A stretch of DNA of 63,275 nucleotides, counting the filler, from Octopus bimaculoides (Eukaryota), in NCBI RefSeq assembly GCF_001194135.2. It is 6 parts of 5 records of this genome, joined end to end, with 100 filler letters (N's around TTAATTAATTAA, not from the genome) between each part and the next. Parts side by side here need not be neighbours in the genome. Positions count along the whole stretch, not along the records: positions 1 to 20,598 come from NC_068996.1; positions 20,699 to 39,703 come from NC_068995.1; 4 more parts are not named here. The stretch is one strand, 5' to 3'. A program made the position numbers and the translations under genes. Positions within the stretch are counted from its first letter, which is position 1, and every line of letters begins with the position of its first letter. Under the pieces are notes generated by a model that did not search any database, was not told the DNA's origin, and worked only from the letters and a program-made list of their open reading frames with translations. Of this stretch, positions 11,436-22,972 are shown piece after piece.

Positions 11436-12810
11436 GGTTCTAGGACAATTCGTCCCCGGTTATTTCGTCGTCGGTTAACTTGTCCCCGGTCAATTCGTCG
11501 TCGATCAATTCATCCCTAGGTCAATTCGTCGCTGGTTAATTCGTCCCAAAATACTCTTAAATGTGATTTTCGAGGGAAAGTTTAGAACAATCACTTTAGA
11601 ATTAGAATTGTCGTTGAACAGTTTTAGATTTTGTTTTTCCTTTCTTTAACCCCTTCCCTACCCCCCCCCTCTCTCTTACTAAATATCTTCGCTGAACAGT
11701 TTACGAACAAAGATTTTGAAGTAAATTGAACTAAATTTATTCAATACGCCATCAAAATGACTACCTGCAAGATCATAACTTCAGAGAAAGAAAAAATCAA
11801 AGTGGTCGATCAAGAAAATTATATATTCACAAAAAATAAGCATAATCCAGATGGATTGAAGATATACTGTGGATGCGAAAATCGTGTGTGCAAGGCGAGA
11901 ATTCATACAGATGAAAATAATAAAGAGCTAAAGGAGATTGAGATCCATAATCACGCTTCAACTGCAGAATGAGAGACCTAATAATATAATTATGGATTTT
12001 GAAAGAGCAGCCCATAACGGATTTCTGGAATCGTTTCCTGGGTCGAATTTGGCATGCTGCTTGTTTCATTTAGGACAAAATGTGTACAAGCATGTTGTGC
12101 AAGAAGGACTAAGATGCAGATATGACGAAGATGACAGATTTAGTCTAAAGAATGCGGTGTTTTGTTGCCCTTGCCTTCTTGTCGGTTGATGATGTTGTAG
12201 ATGGATATGAACATCTTGTAGATGATGATGATATTCCACAGTCAGTTATATCCTATTTTGAAAATAATTATATAGGACCACCTAGAGGAAGAGGACAGAG
12301 CAGGCAACGCCTTGAACCTCCATTGCCATTACCTATATGGAAAGTCTGGGATCGATGCATGACGGGGATTGCTCGTACTACAAATGGTTTAGAAGCCTAC
12401 CACAGTGCGCTGAAAAACACAGTGAGTATTAGTCATCCAAATATTTGGAAACTTATTGATGTGATTAAATATGAGGAAACGTTTACCAGTACCAAATTGA
12501 TGAAGTTTATGCCAGGAGAAGAATCAAGCCAATAGAAATAATACAGGGATATGAACGTGCGTATGAAAAATGTCATGGAAAAATATGACCCAAGCACAAA
12601 AATTATTTTTCTAAAAGCAATTGCACACAATCTTAAATTTTAAGAAAAAATAAATATGTAATATAGCAAACGTTTTTTTAATTCAGATATTCGTTTTACC
12701 ATTTTGCCTATGATCTCGATGAATTGACTGACGACAAATTGACCAACTATGAATTGACTGGGGACAAATTAAACGACGACAAATTACCGTCAACGAATTG
12801 ACCAGACATC
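11436..12810 (+). mobile_element. Mutator/MULE DNA transposon, internally deleted, with repetitive TIRs
   Basis: Inverted arrays of ~15-bp GTCAATTCGTCGTCG units at 11440-11548 and 12715-12810. Candidate TSD GCTGGAGA (11428) and GCTGGGGA (12811). Confidence 0.88.
11757..12535 (+). pseudogene. FLYWCH zinc finger plus MULE transposase C-terminal half
   Basis: KIYCGCENRVCKARIHT...HNH (FLYWCH), then MDFERAA, CCLFHLGQNVYK, LAFL, YFENNYIG, RTTNGLEAYHS..HPNIWKLI. A stop at 11970, a frameshift near 12152, and the first catalytic D region is missing. Confidence 0.9.
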
Positions 12811-12929
12811 GCTGGGGATTTAAATTAAACCTCATCTCTTTTAGGATACAACTACCAAAGATTAAAGTAAAAATACTGGCCAATTCGATTTGTTACTGAA
12901 GCGAGTGTTGGACTTGAAAAATTTAGGTA

Positions 12930-13005
12930 ACACTGGTTCAGATACGACTCTCTGCATTCTAACCTATGCCAGTACGGAACATGGACGTTAAATAACGATG
13001 ACGAT
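12930..13005 (+). mobile_element. RTE-type 3' tail (family D) fragment
   Basis: CCTATGCCAGTACGGAACATGGACGTTAAATAACGATGACGATG matches the D tails at 27125 and 35564. Confidence 0.55.
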
Positions 13006-14086
13006 GATGGTGGTAGTGGTGCTGGTACTGGTGGTTTAGTATTTTAATAAGTTCAATATGGGTAGAGGCATGCCAGAAATGGGTAAGGTGCCACACCAAG
13101 TGTGCCATCTGACATGCAAGAAATATCAGCTAAACTCCACAAGGCATCTGGTGCTTTGTGGAGTTTAGTCTCATATTTCGATGTTTTGAATTCAAATATT
13201 ACCAAGAATGGTCTTAAATTCCATTTCCTCCTAGATCGACAAAATAAGCACCAGTTTATTAATTCAATGGAACTTTAGAATTCAAGATGATAAACATGTT
13301 CGTGGGTGTCGGAGTAAATTCTGTGCTGCCAGAAAATAGGTTCCAGCCTAGAATAAATAAATCAGCGATCCGGATTTAATCTAACCTTTGCTCCATTTGA
13401 CAATAAGAATAATGTTACGTTACATCCCCCAAATCCTGTTTCCCTGAATAAAAATAAATAAAAATAAAAGGAAAGGCAGGAAGAAATGAAACCAATGTTA
13501 TACTTACTGTCAGTGCTTATTCAACAGGGTATATACTTCCGGTGAATCGTTTTGACAATGCGGTTTTAATTTCCTACTGACAGAGCTCTCCACCCCCATT
13601 TCATTTACATCTCTAATGACATCTGGTAAAAGGTAAAACGTGATAGCGGTCATATAATCGCTTCACTTGCCAGTGGCTAAATATAGTCACGATAATAGAT
13701 TCCCCACTGTTGCCACCGCCACCGTTGCTGTTGTTGTTTAGCTAAATTTTGTAAGGAAATTATATTGAACCTTGATACATAATCAGCTACGTTTTCTGCT
13801 AACTGATAACGCATAAACTATAATCAAAAGCATGCTTTTGTTTTTATTCATAGTATGCCTAGGACTAATCCAATGTGTCAAAGAGTGATTTAGAAGAATT
13901 TTGGTTTCTATTCTCGTACGTTGAGTGTTTGTGTGCAGCAACATTTCTTACTATGGACGATAGCGCCCCTCAGTGGGGGTTGTGAGCTACTTGGGATAAT
14001 AAACCTCCAGAGAGCGCTGAAAGTTTAGAGGAGGTCGTGATTTTTCGTAGAAATAAAGCACTTAACCTAGATATAATACTTATCTT

Positions 14087-14280
14087 TTAACTCACCATTT
14101 AAACCGGCCATATCCAGTTCAAACATTTTATGTTCAAACCGGCCAGATCCGGGCTCTCACACCTAAACTACAACGTCGTTCTAAAAATAAATATAACCGA
14201 AAATTTGAAGCTGCGAGAAAATGCATTATTAATTCACAACAATACGAATAAATGAGCATTACTTTTGTCAGAGTAAATAC
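14087..14280. mobile_element. Dispersed short repeat F (probable TTAA-type MITE)
   Basis: AAACCGGCCATATCC..AAACCGGCCAGATCC..CTCACACCT. A second copy is at 57921. Confidence 0.6.
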
Positions 14281-14471
14281 ATTTCTTTTTTCAATATCTT
14301 TGGTTGCAATTAAAATATGAGGAGTAGGACATTGTGTTATGGATGAGTGAAATATGGCTAATGACATACCCAGGTTCAACAATACAATTTCGTTATATAA
14401 GCCCTCACTTTAGTAATTTCAGTAAAAATGTAACATAAGAAGCTCATGTTGGGTGGGACATTACAAGAAAA

Positions 14472-15102
14472 GGATCTATTTCAAAACGGAGGCACCAGTT
14501 TTCATTTATGTTTTATGTAGTGTTTTTGGCACCGAAAGACTTTCAAACTTCGTATACTTATCTATTTTGTGTTATAGAACAGAAAAAAAATTTTGTATTC
14601 GAATTTATTTCATGTAAAAAATTGTCTTATTTCGATAATTTCTACTAATCACTGACGTCTATTCAGTTGAAAACAGTTAGCGCTGTAACGGTGTATATCG
14701 TATTAATCCCCTAACCCTAACCCTAACCCTAAAACTAACCCTAACTCTAGAATCCGAACTCTAAAATTGTTACACACATAGATACGCACAGCGTAATTTA
14801 TTATATAAACAATATATGAGTATAAATTACGATTAAACCGGATGAAATATGTCACAGGGAATAACATTTTTATGACCGCCCAGCAGTAACTCTATTGAGC
14901 TGAATAGACGTCAGTGATTGGTTGAAATTACAGAAATACGACAACTTTAACATGGAATAACTTGCGATGTACGTTTTTTTGTTAAGAAGACTAAGAGTAA
15001 AAGATGTTTTATATGACACATTCTACCAGTGTCCCAAGTTTCAAAGTGTTTCGTTAGTGTTTCGTTAAGAAAATACTGGTGCCCCCGTTTTGAAATAGAT
15101 CC
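14472..15102. mobile_element. 631-bp MITE with 28-bp TIRs, 8-bp TSD and internal telomeric repeats
   Basis: TIR GGATCTATTTCAAAACGGRGGCACCAGT at 14472-14499 and 15075-15102 (1 mismatch). TSD CAAGAAAA at 14464-14471 and 15103-15110. Confidence 0.92.
14708..14748 (-). repeat. Interstitial telomeric (TTAGGG)n-like array
   Basis: CCCTAACCCTAACCCTAACCCTAAAACTAACCCTAACTCTA. Confidence 0.9.
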
Positions 15103-15711
15103 CAAGAAAATGTGTTTAATAAACCACAACTGAGTTTTGATTAAAATAATCTTTAATTGATCAATTAATTCGTTTATTTAGCAAAACATAAAGGAAAAGG
15201 CATATTTACAAACGCCTGTTTCTCGTGTCTTGCAAAAAAAAAAGTTTCTCTATGGTCTATAGAATCATATATGCGATAGAAAACGTTTTAAAAAGTCTGT
15301 TTAATTTATTAATCTACGTAATCTGCATACTGCTAATCACAATGAAAGAACCATGATTAGGATCCATTGAAATTATATTTAACGGGAATTTATCTAACAG
15401 CACTTTCACCAGGAATTAAAACACTCGCAAATATTAATCATTTACAATTATGTACTTTGATGGAAATCACACGTACAGTAGCTATTTCACTTCTTTATCT
15501 TCTTTTGCTTATGTCTATTTATAGGAAAATGAAACTGTTTCGTCCCTAACAACGAATTTTACAGTGTAATCATGGAAACAGAGGTTATATTAGATTTAGA
15601 GATGGCAAGAAACTGGCAAACAAACCGCTGTAACGGATGTCTGACGACTTAGTGATGAAATGCCAGGCCATTTGAGCAAAAGAAAAGCAAGAAATAAATA
15701 TTTTTCAACGC

Positions 15712-15915
15712 CTTTATCTTCTTTTACTTGTTTCAGTCATTGGACTGCGGCCATACAGGGGCCCGACTTGAAGTGTTTAGTCAAACAGATCGACTCCAGT
15801 ATTTATTTTTTAAAAGTCTGTTACTCATTCTATAAGTTACAGTGACGCCGAGTTACAGGGACATAAAATAACCAGCACCGGTTGTCAAGTGGCAGGAGTG
15901 ACAAACATAGACGCA
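15712..15915 (-). mobile_element. SINE family A 3' half
   Basis: TTTTACTTGTTTCAGTCATTGGACTGCGGCC...GGTTGTCAAG. Confidence 0.8.
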
Positions 15916-15947
15916 TGTACATACATACATACATACATACGTACATA

Positions 15948-16009
<62 letters not shown>

Positions 16010-16414
16010 CATTCACTCATACACACACATATACATACACNNNNNNNNNNNNNNNNNNNNNNNNNNNNNNNNNNNNNNNNNNNNNNNNNNNNNNNNNNNN
16101 NNNNNNNNNNNNNNNNNNNNNNNNNNNNNNNNNNNNNNNNNNNNNNNNNNNNNNNNNNNNNNNNNNNNNNNNNNNNNNNNNNNNNNNNNNNNNNNNNNNN
16201 NNNNNNNNNNNNNNNNNNNNNNNNNNNNNNNNNNNNNNNNNNNNNNNNNNNNNNNNNNNNNNNNNNNNNNNNNNNNNNNNNNNNNNNNNNNNNNNNNNNN
16301 NNNNNNNNNNNNNNNNNNNNNNNNNNNNNNNNNNNNNNNNNNNNNNNNNNNNNNNNNNNNNNNNNNNNNNNNNNNNNNNNNNNNNNNNNNNNNNNNNNNN
16401 NNNNNNNNNNNNNN

Positions 16415-16555
<141 letters not shown>

Positions 16556-16557
16556 CG

Positions 16558-16627
16558 ACCTCACTGATGAAGTACAGATGACAAATTACTTTATTTGCTC
16601 ATTAATACAGAAACTCGAGTTTGAGGT
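16558..16627 (+). ncRNA. Type I hammerhead ribozyme motif
   Basis: Stem I ACCTCA/TGAGGT, core CTGATGA (16564-16570) and GAAAC (16610-16614), palindromic stem III ACTCGAGT, U17 at 16621. Stem II pairs about 12 bp but has an A-A mismatch at its base. Confidence 0.65.
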
Positions 16628-16756
16628 TAGCTATATATATATATTATTCTTAATAGAATTCATGATAAAATCATGTTAATGATTATATCGCGTGGCCAGT
16701 ATGAAATGAAACCTTGAATGTAATTTATATACTAAATTAATAATCATGTATATAAT

Positions 16757-16939
16757 TATATAATTATATTAAAGGGATCAGGAAAGAACCTTCTCCAACA
16801 TGCCTAAAGAAGATGCCAAAGGTGCTAAAAAAATCACTGTATAACTCTTACAAAACACAGTGTATTTTTAGCGCCTTTTGCGACTTCTTTAAGCATGTTG
16901 GAGAAGGTTCTTTCCAGATCCTTTTAATATAATTATATA
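16757..16939. repeat. 183-bp foldback (84/83-nt arms, 16-nt loop)
   Basis: 16757-16840 is the reverse complement of 16857-16939 at roughly 90% identity, with a perfect run GGAAAGAACCTTCTCCAACATGC. Confidence 0.93.
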
Positions 16940-16947
16940 GTTATGTT

Positions 16948-17158
16948 CTTTTATTCTTTTATTCGTTTCAGTCATTTGACTGCGGCCATGCTGAAGCACC
17001 GCCTTTAGTCGAACAAATCGACCCCAGGACTTATTTTTTGTAAGCATATTACATATTCTATCGGTCTCTTTTTTTGCCGAACCGCTAATGTACGGGGACG
17101 TAAACACACCGACATCGGTTGTCAAGCGATAGTGGTGGGGACAAACGCAGATACACAA
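16948..17158 (-). mobile_element. SINE family A 3' half
   Basis: GTTTCAGTCATTTGACTGCGGCCATGCTG...GCCGAACCGCTAA...GGTTGTCAAGCGAT, CpGs intact. Confidence 0.9.
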
Positions 17159-18229
17159 CCATATATATGTGTGTATATACATATATATATGTATACATAT
17201 AAATTTGACATGGGCGATTCTTTCTTGTCTTGGGATTCACGGTCAAACGGCTGGTGGAATTGCGTGAAAAATTACACAGATGTGTAGAATGATCCAGTGG
17301 TGATGCTGGGATTTGTATTTTTTCATAACTCCCATAGTTACCAAGATAATCTACTATAATAATACTCTTGTGTTTATGAATGAGAAAGGAAGGGGTGATA
17401 GATGAATAAGGAAGGAAGGGGTGATGTCATACTTGGTAGTGGGATGATGAAAATTGTACACTGAAAAAATAAATCAAACAGCGTTTCAACTCTGTGTGAA
17501 TATATTTGTGTNNNNNNNNNNNNNNNNNNNNNNNNNNNNNNNNNNNNNNNNNNNNNNNNNNNNNNNNNNNNNNNNNNNNNNNNNNNNNNNNNNNNNNNNN
17601 NNNNNNNNNNNNNNNNNNNNNNNNNNNNNNNNNNNNNNNNNNNNNNNNNNNNNNNNNNNNNNNNNNNNNNNNNNNNNNNNNNNNNNNNNNNNNNNNNNNN
17701 NNNNNNNNNNNNNNNNNNNNNNNNNNNNNNNNNNNNNNNNNNNNNNNNNNNNNNNNNNNNNNNNNNNNNNNNNNNNNNNNNNNNNNNNNNNNNNNNNNNN
17801 NNNNNNNNNNNNNNNNNNNNNNNNNNNNNNNNNNNNNNNNNNNNNNNNNNNNNNNNNNNNNNNNNNNNNNNNNNNNNNNNNNNNNNNNNNNNNNNNNNNN
17901 NNNNNNNNNNNNNNNNNNNNNNNNNNNNNNNNNNNNNNNNNNNNNNNNNNNNNNNNNNNNNNNNNNNNNNNNNNNNNNNNNNNNNNNNNNNNNNNNNNNN
18001 NNNNNNNNNNNNNNNNNNNNNNNNNNNNNNNNNNNNNNNNNNNNNNNNNNNNNNNNNNNNNNNNNNNNNNNNNNNNNNNNNNNNNNNNNNNNNNNNNNNN
18101 NNNNNNNNNNNNNNNNNNNNNNNNNNNNNNNNNNNNNNNNNNNNNNNNTATATATATATATATATATGTATGTATATATATATATGTATGTATGTACAAC
18201 TCTTTAAACTATTTCAGCTTTAAATCAAC

Positions 18230-19120
18230 AGTAATGGTGGGGCCCCACCGTTGGCTGTGCGACGCTTTCATAATTTAAAGCCTCCTCTGAAGTGAGTTAT
18301 TTGGTGAATGAGGGAGTTTGATGCTACAACCCTCAACTGTATTTCTTGCCCTGAGGCAGGTTCATTTGAAACCCTTGACAGGCGGAGAGACCAACTTCGC
18401 ATTGAAGACACCTACATTCACACCATGCAGCTCTCTTTTGGAAGGATATTGAAGAGCTGCGGGCCCTTGAAACTCAAGCTGTTTCTGTATCTGGTCCTGT
18501 ATATTGATGGTGATGTTTGAATCTTAGGGACTATGCAGAGGTTGTTTGTGTAACTTTCAGTGCCAAAGTTTGGTACAAGGCCTTCCAGAATTTTCTGGAT
18601 GTATATCACTACGTGATTTTCTCCCTTTCATTCTAGAGAGAAGAGTCTTAACTCTTTCAGCCTTTCCCAGTAGCTGACAAGTTGCATTGAGACGATTTTC
18701 TTTGTGTAATTCGTTGTTGGATCGTGTCGAGTCCGCCGTCAATTTTATACTGTGTGATGACCACAGTCGAGAGCAGTGATCCAAGCGGTTGAGGACATAT
18801 GCACTCCAGAGGACCATCATAGTTTCCTTTTCTGTTGTTCTGAAAGTTCGGAGGATCCATCCATTTAGCCGTCTGCATTTCATTGCTAAATTAGCAATAT
18901 GCACCTGGAAAGATGCATCATTACTCATGTCAGTGCCCAGGTCATGCACTGATTTTGATTCAGGGATTGCAATTTATCACGGACCAGTGTATCCTGTCTG
19001 CATGTTGCACGGCTCTGTGTGATGGTAGCGCTAGGCTTGAAATTTTCTGCATTAAACTGTATGTTGTTGTCCTCAGCCCACCTGTATACTGCGTCCAACT
19101 CCTGTTGCAGAAGGGAGATA
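18230..19120 (-). mobile_element. CR1-like LINE 3' end (RT C-terminus), pseudogenised
   Basis: LQQELDAVYRWAEDNNIQFNAENF; GWILRTFRTTEKETMMVLWSAYVLNRLDHCSRLWS; SLSFKGPQLFNILP; LSRVSNEPASGQEIQLRVVASNSL. Confidence 0.88.
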
Positions 19121-19128
19121 TATGTATG

Positions 19129-19258
19129 TAATATAATATAATATAATATAATATAATATAATATAATATAATATAATATAATATAATATAATATAATATA
19201 ATATAATATAATATAATATAATATAATATAATATAATATAATATAATATAATATAATA
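19129..19258. repeat. (TAATA)n pentanucleotide repeat
   Basis: Direct reading. Confidence 0.95.
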
Positions 19259-20029
19259 NNNNNNNNNNNNNNNNNNNNNNNNNNNNNNNNNNNNNNNNNN
19301 NNNNNNNNNNNNNNNNNNNNNNNNNNNNNNNNNNNNNNNNNNNNNNNNNNNNNNNNNNNNNNNNNNNNNNNNNNNNNNNNNNNNNNNNNNNNNNNNNNNN
19401 NNNNNNNNNNNNNNNNNNNNNNNNNNNNNNNNNNNNNNNNNNNNNNNNNNNNNNNNNNNNNNNNNNNNNNNNNNNNNNNNNNNNNNNNNNNNNNNNNNNN
19501 NNNNNNNNNNNNNNNNNNNNNNNNNNNNNNNNNNNNNNNNNNNNNNNNNNNNNNNNNNNNNNNNNNNNNNNNNNNNNNNNNNNNNNNNNNNNNNNNNNNN
19601 NNNNNNNNNNNNNNNNNNNNNNNNNNNNNNNNNNNNNNNNNNNNNNNNNNNNNNNNNNNNNNNNNNNNNNNNNNNNNNNNNNNNNNNNNNNNNNNNNNNN
19701 NNNNNNNNNNNNNNNNNNNNNNNNNNNNNNNNNNNNNNNNNNNNNNNNNNNNNNNNNNNNNNNNNNNNNNNNNNNNNNNNNNNNNNNNNNNNNNNNNNNN
19801 NNNNNNNNNNNNNNNNNNNNNNNNNNNNNNNNNNNNNNNNNNNNNNNNNNNNNNNNNNNNNNNNNNNNNNNNNNNNNNNNNNNNNNNNNNNNNNNNNNNN
19901 NNNNNNNNNNNNNNNNNNNNNNNNNNNNNNNNNNNNNNNNNNNNNNNNNNNNNNNNNNNNNNNNNNNNNNNNNNNNNNNNNNNNNNNNNNNNNNNNNNNN
20001 NNNNNNNNNGGTATCGCAAAAGGCCTGGT

Positions 20030-20197
20030 TGAAGGCCCAGCCTTCCGAGTTCTTTTCACAGAGCTAAGAAAAGCCGAAAGATTGCTGCAATAAGTGTGTG
20101 AATCTGAGAAAGGAATATGTTGAATAAAATTATAATTAACTGATTCACCTGTATTTTCTTTTACACAAAGCCAGGAACTTTTCAGCACTCCGTCGTA
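20030..20197 (+). mobile_element. Mariner-derived MITE, right part
   Basis: CNKCVNLRKEYVE* transposase tail, then TIR AGCCAGGAACTTTTCAGCACTCCGTCGTA. Matches 59388-59588. Confidence 0.8.
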
Positions 20198-20503
20198 AAT
20201 ACATACATACATACATACATACATACATGCACACACACATGCACGCGCACACACACACACACACACACATACACATATATGTATGTATATATATTTGTGT
20301 GTGTCCGTGCGTTTGTGTGTGCGTGCGCGTAGTGCGCATGCATGCGGAGGTATACATACATATATATATATATATATATGTTCATATAATGATATCTACC
20401 AAATGTATTGGTAAGATAAAACATGCAATCGTTACCAAAATAGCAAAAATCCGTCCACAAAGGTCTATAGTAAACTCCTTATGAATCGATCTCCTTGGTT
20501 ATA

Positions 20504-20598
20504 TATCAAAAAATTTTAATAAGAGCTTTCACGCTAATATTCATATATATTAATATATATGGATATTAGCGTCAAAGCTCTTATTTAAATTTTTGATA
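20504..20598. repeat. 95-bp near-perfect palindrome at a scaffold end
   Basis: AATAAGAGCTTTCACGCTAATATTCATATATAT|TAATATATATGGATATTAGCGTCAAAGCTCTTATT, centre 20551/20552. Confidence 0.9.
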
Positions 20599-20698
20599 NN
20601 NNNNNNNNNNNNNNNNNNNNNNNNNNNNNNNNNNNNNNNNNNTTAATTAATTAANNNNNNNNNNNNNNNNNNNNNNNNNNNNNNNNNNNNNNNNNNNN
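20599..20698. other. Artificial 100-bp scaffold spacer N44-TTAATTAATTAA-N44
   Basis: Identical structure five times. The 12-mer gives stops in all six frames. Confidence 0.95.
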
Positions 20699-21602
20699 AT
20701 ATATATATATATGCGTATATATATAATACTATATATAATGTAAGTGCATTTGCTGGTTTGTATTTCTATAAACGTTTGTCATTGAAGCCCTGTCACATAA
20801 AAGTTGTGCTAAATAGCTTATTTGACATAAAAATTCACTCACACTTGCTACATTCGATGTGTTGGTGTAGCACATTGTTGTTATCCTGCAAATACTTTAC
20901 TGATTCCTATTAAAAATTGTCATTATGTAATTTTTGTCATCATCATCATCATTGCTGTTGATCTTTTGTGATCTTATATATATATTCATATACATATATA
21001 TTCTGTGAATAATAGTAATTATTATAAGCTTAAAGCTTATAAGCAATCTCCATGATTTGATTAGTATCGAAGCATATAATCCCTTGACGGAAAAAAGAGG
21101 GTCTTCTGTACGCATGGGACTCAAACCCACACTTTTTATATGTGCAATATATAAGTATGTCTATATGTATATGTATGGCAGGCTTCGTACAGTTTCTGTG
21201 AAGCAAATTCATTTGCAACACGTTGGTGAGAGTGAGGCTGTATGATTTTCTGTGAAATGCTCCACTGTGGGGCTGAAGCCCACCCCAACAAGGTTGCAAG
21301 AGGAAGCTTTATAACTGTGCAGACATACTTGTGTCTACTTGTTATTGTTTGGAGATAAGAAGACACAACATAGATGCATGCAACCATATACACAGATAAA
21401 TAAGTGTATATTAGAGAGAGATAAATATGTACATATACATATATATATATATACACAAACACGTAGATATCTATATGTAGACACACAAACACATACCCAT
21501 ATATATGTATATTAAAAGTATACAGATACATAGATATAAATAAACATAAACTAACATGCATACATGTAAATCATATGTGTGTGTGTGTGTGTGTGTATAT
21601 AT

Positions 21603-21833
21603 ATTTCTTTATTGCCCACATGGGGCTAAACATAGAGGGGACAAACAAGGACAGACAAAAGAATTAAGTTGATTACATCGACCCCAGTGCGTAACTGGTA
21701 GTTATTTCATCGGCCTCAAAAGGATGAAAGGCAAAGCCGGCCTCGGCAGAATATGAACCCAGAATGTAACTGCAGACGAAATACCGCTAAGCATTTCACC
21801 CAACGTGCCAACGCTTCTGCTAGCTCACCGCCG
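21603..21833 (-). mobile_element. SINE family C, near full length
   Basis: Reverse complement: GGCGGTGAGCTAGCAG head, CCTTTCATCCTTT core, GGGGTCGATGTAATC, GGGCAATAAAGAAAT tail. Confidence 0.9.
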
Positions 21834-22628
21834 TTATATATATATATATATATATATNNNNNNNNNNNNNNNNNNNNNNNNNNNNNNNNNNNNNNNNNNN
21901 NNNNNNNNNNNNNNNNNNNNNNNNNNNNNNNNNNNNNNNNNNNNNNNNNNNNNNNNNNNNNNNNNNNNNNNNNNNNNNNNNNNNNNNNNNNNNNNNNNNN
22001 NNNNNNNNNNNNNNNNNNNNNNNNNNNNNNNNNNNNNNNNNNNNNNNNNNNNNNNNNNNNNNNNATATATTATCATACGCATATGAAACATAAACATTTT
22101 CTGCCCCCAGTCTGCCAATTAAATTAGTGGTTGATATATTCAACACAAATTCTTATTAACTTTCAAGGTTCGTTTCTCTTTCGCATCAGAATAGTTGCAT
22201 TTAAAAAAGCAAAACACACACACACACACACAGAAAATAAATAAATAAATAGGAGAGAGTCTGAGGCAAATCATCTTTGCTCCGTGGATGCATTTTACTA
22301 ATTGGATTTTATGCAGTTAAAATAAGTTGTTTTAACAAAGGGTAGTGTGTTGCTCTTTCTCATTTTTACTGTCACTACAGATTTACATTATACTTTCTCT
22401 TTGCTTGCTTGAATCTGAATTCTCTTGCAATTTCTTTCTTTCTTTCACCATGCTTCTTTTTTTCTAGAATTTACCACTACATACCCCAACCCCAGAAGAC
22501 TTTAGTACACTTACGACTATAAATATCACTATTTTGGTGTAGGTCTATACAAATGTTACACACAAACATACAGAGTAAAAATATTGTACACACACATGCA
22601 CATGTATGTATATATGTGTGTGTGTATG

Positions 22629-22685
<57 letters not shown>

Positions 22686-22937
22686 ATGTATATACATATG
22701 TACCATTACTAATGCTTTACAGAGTATAGAAAGAAGCATGCCCTTCAACATTATCAATGATAATTGTCTCAAATAAAGTTTATAACAAGATTGATTATGG
22801 GGGACGATAGCAGTTTGATCAAGCAATTAGTCGAACCATGCAAGTATATTTAAGGGCAAAGGGTTCAGTTCAAGGATGAGTCGATATGGAAAGGTAGAAG
22901 ACTGAAGATCAGAGAGGGAGAGTTAGAAAGGGAGACG

Positions 22938-22972
<35 letters not shown>

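Noticed and set aside
11445-11548. Regularly spaced short repeats resembling a CRISPR array (also 6856-7582)
   Set aside because: Eukaryotic context, no unique spacers, and explained by MULE TIR units and tandem repeats.
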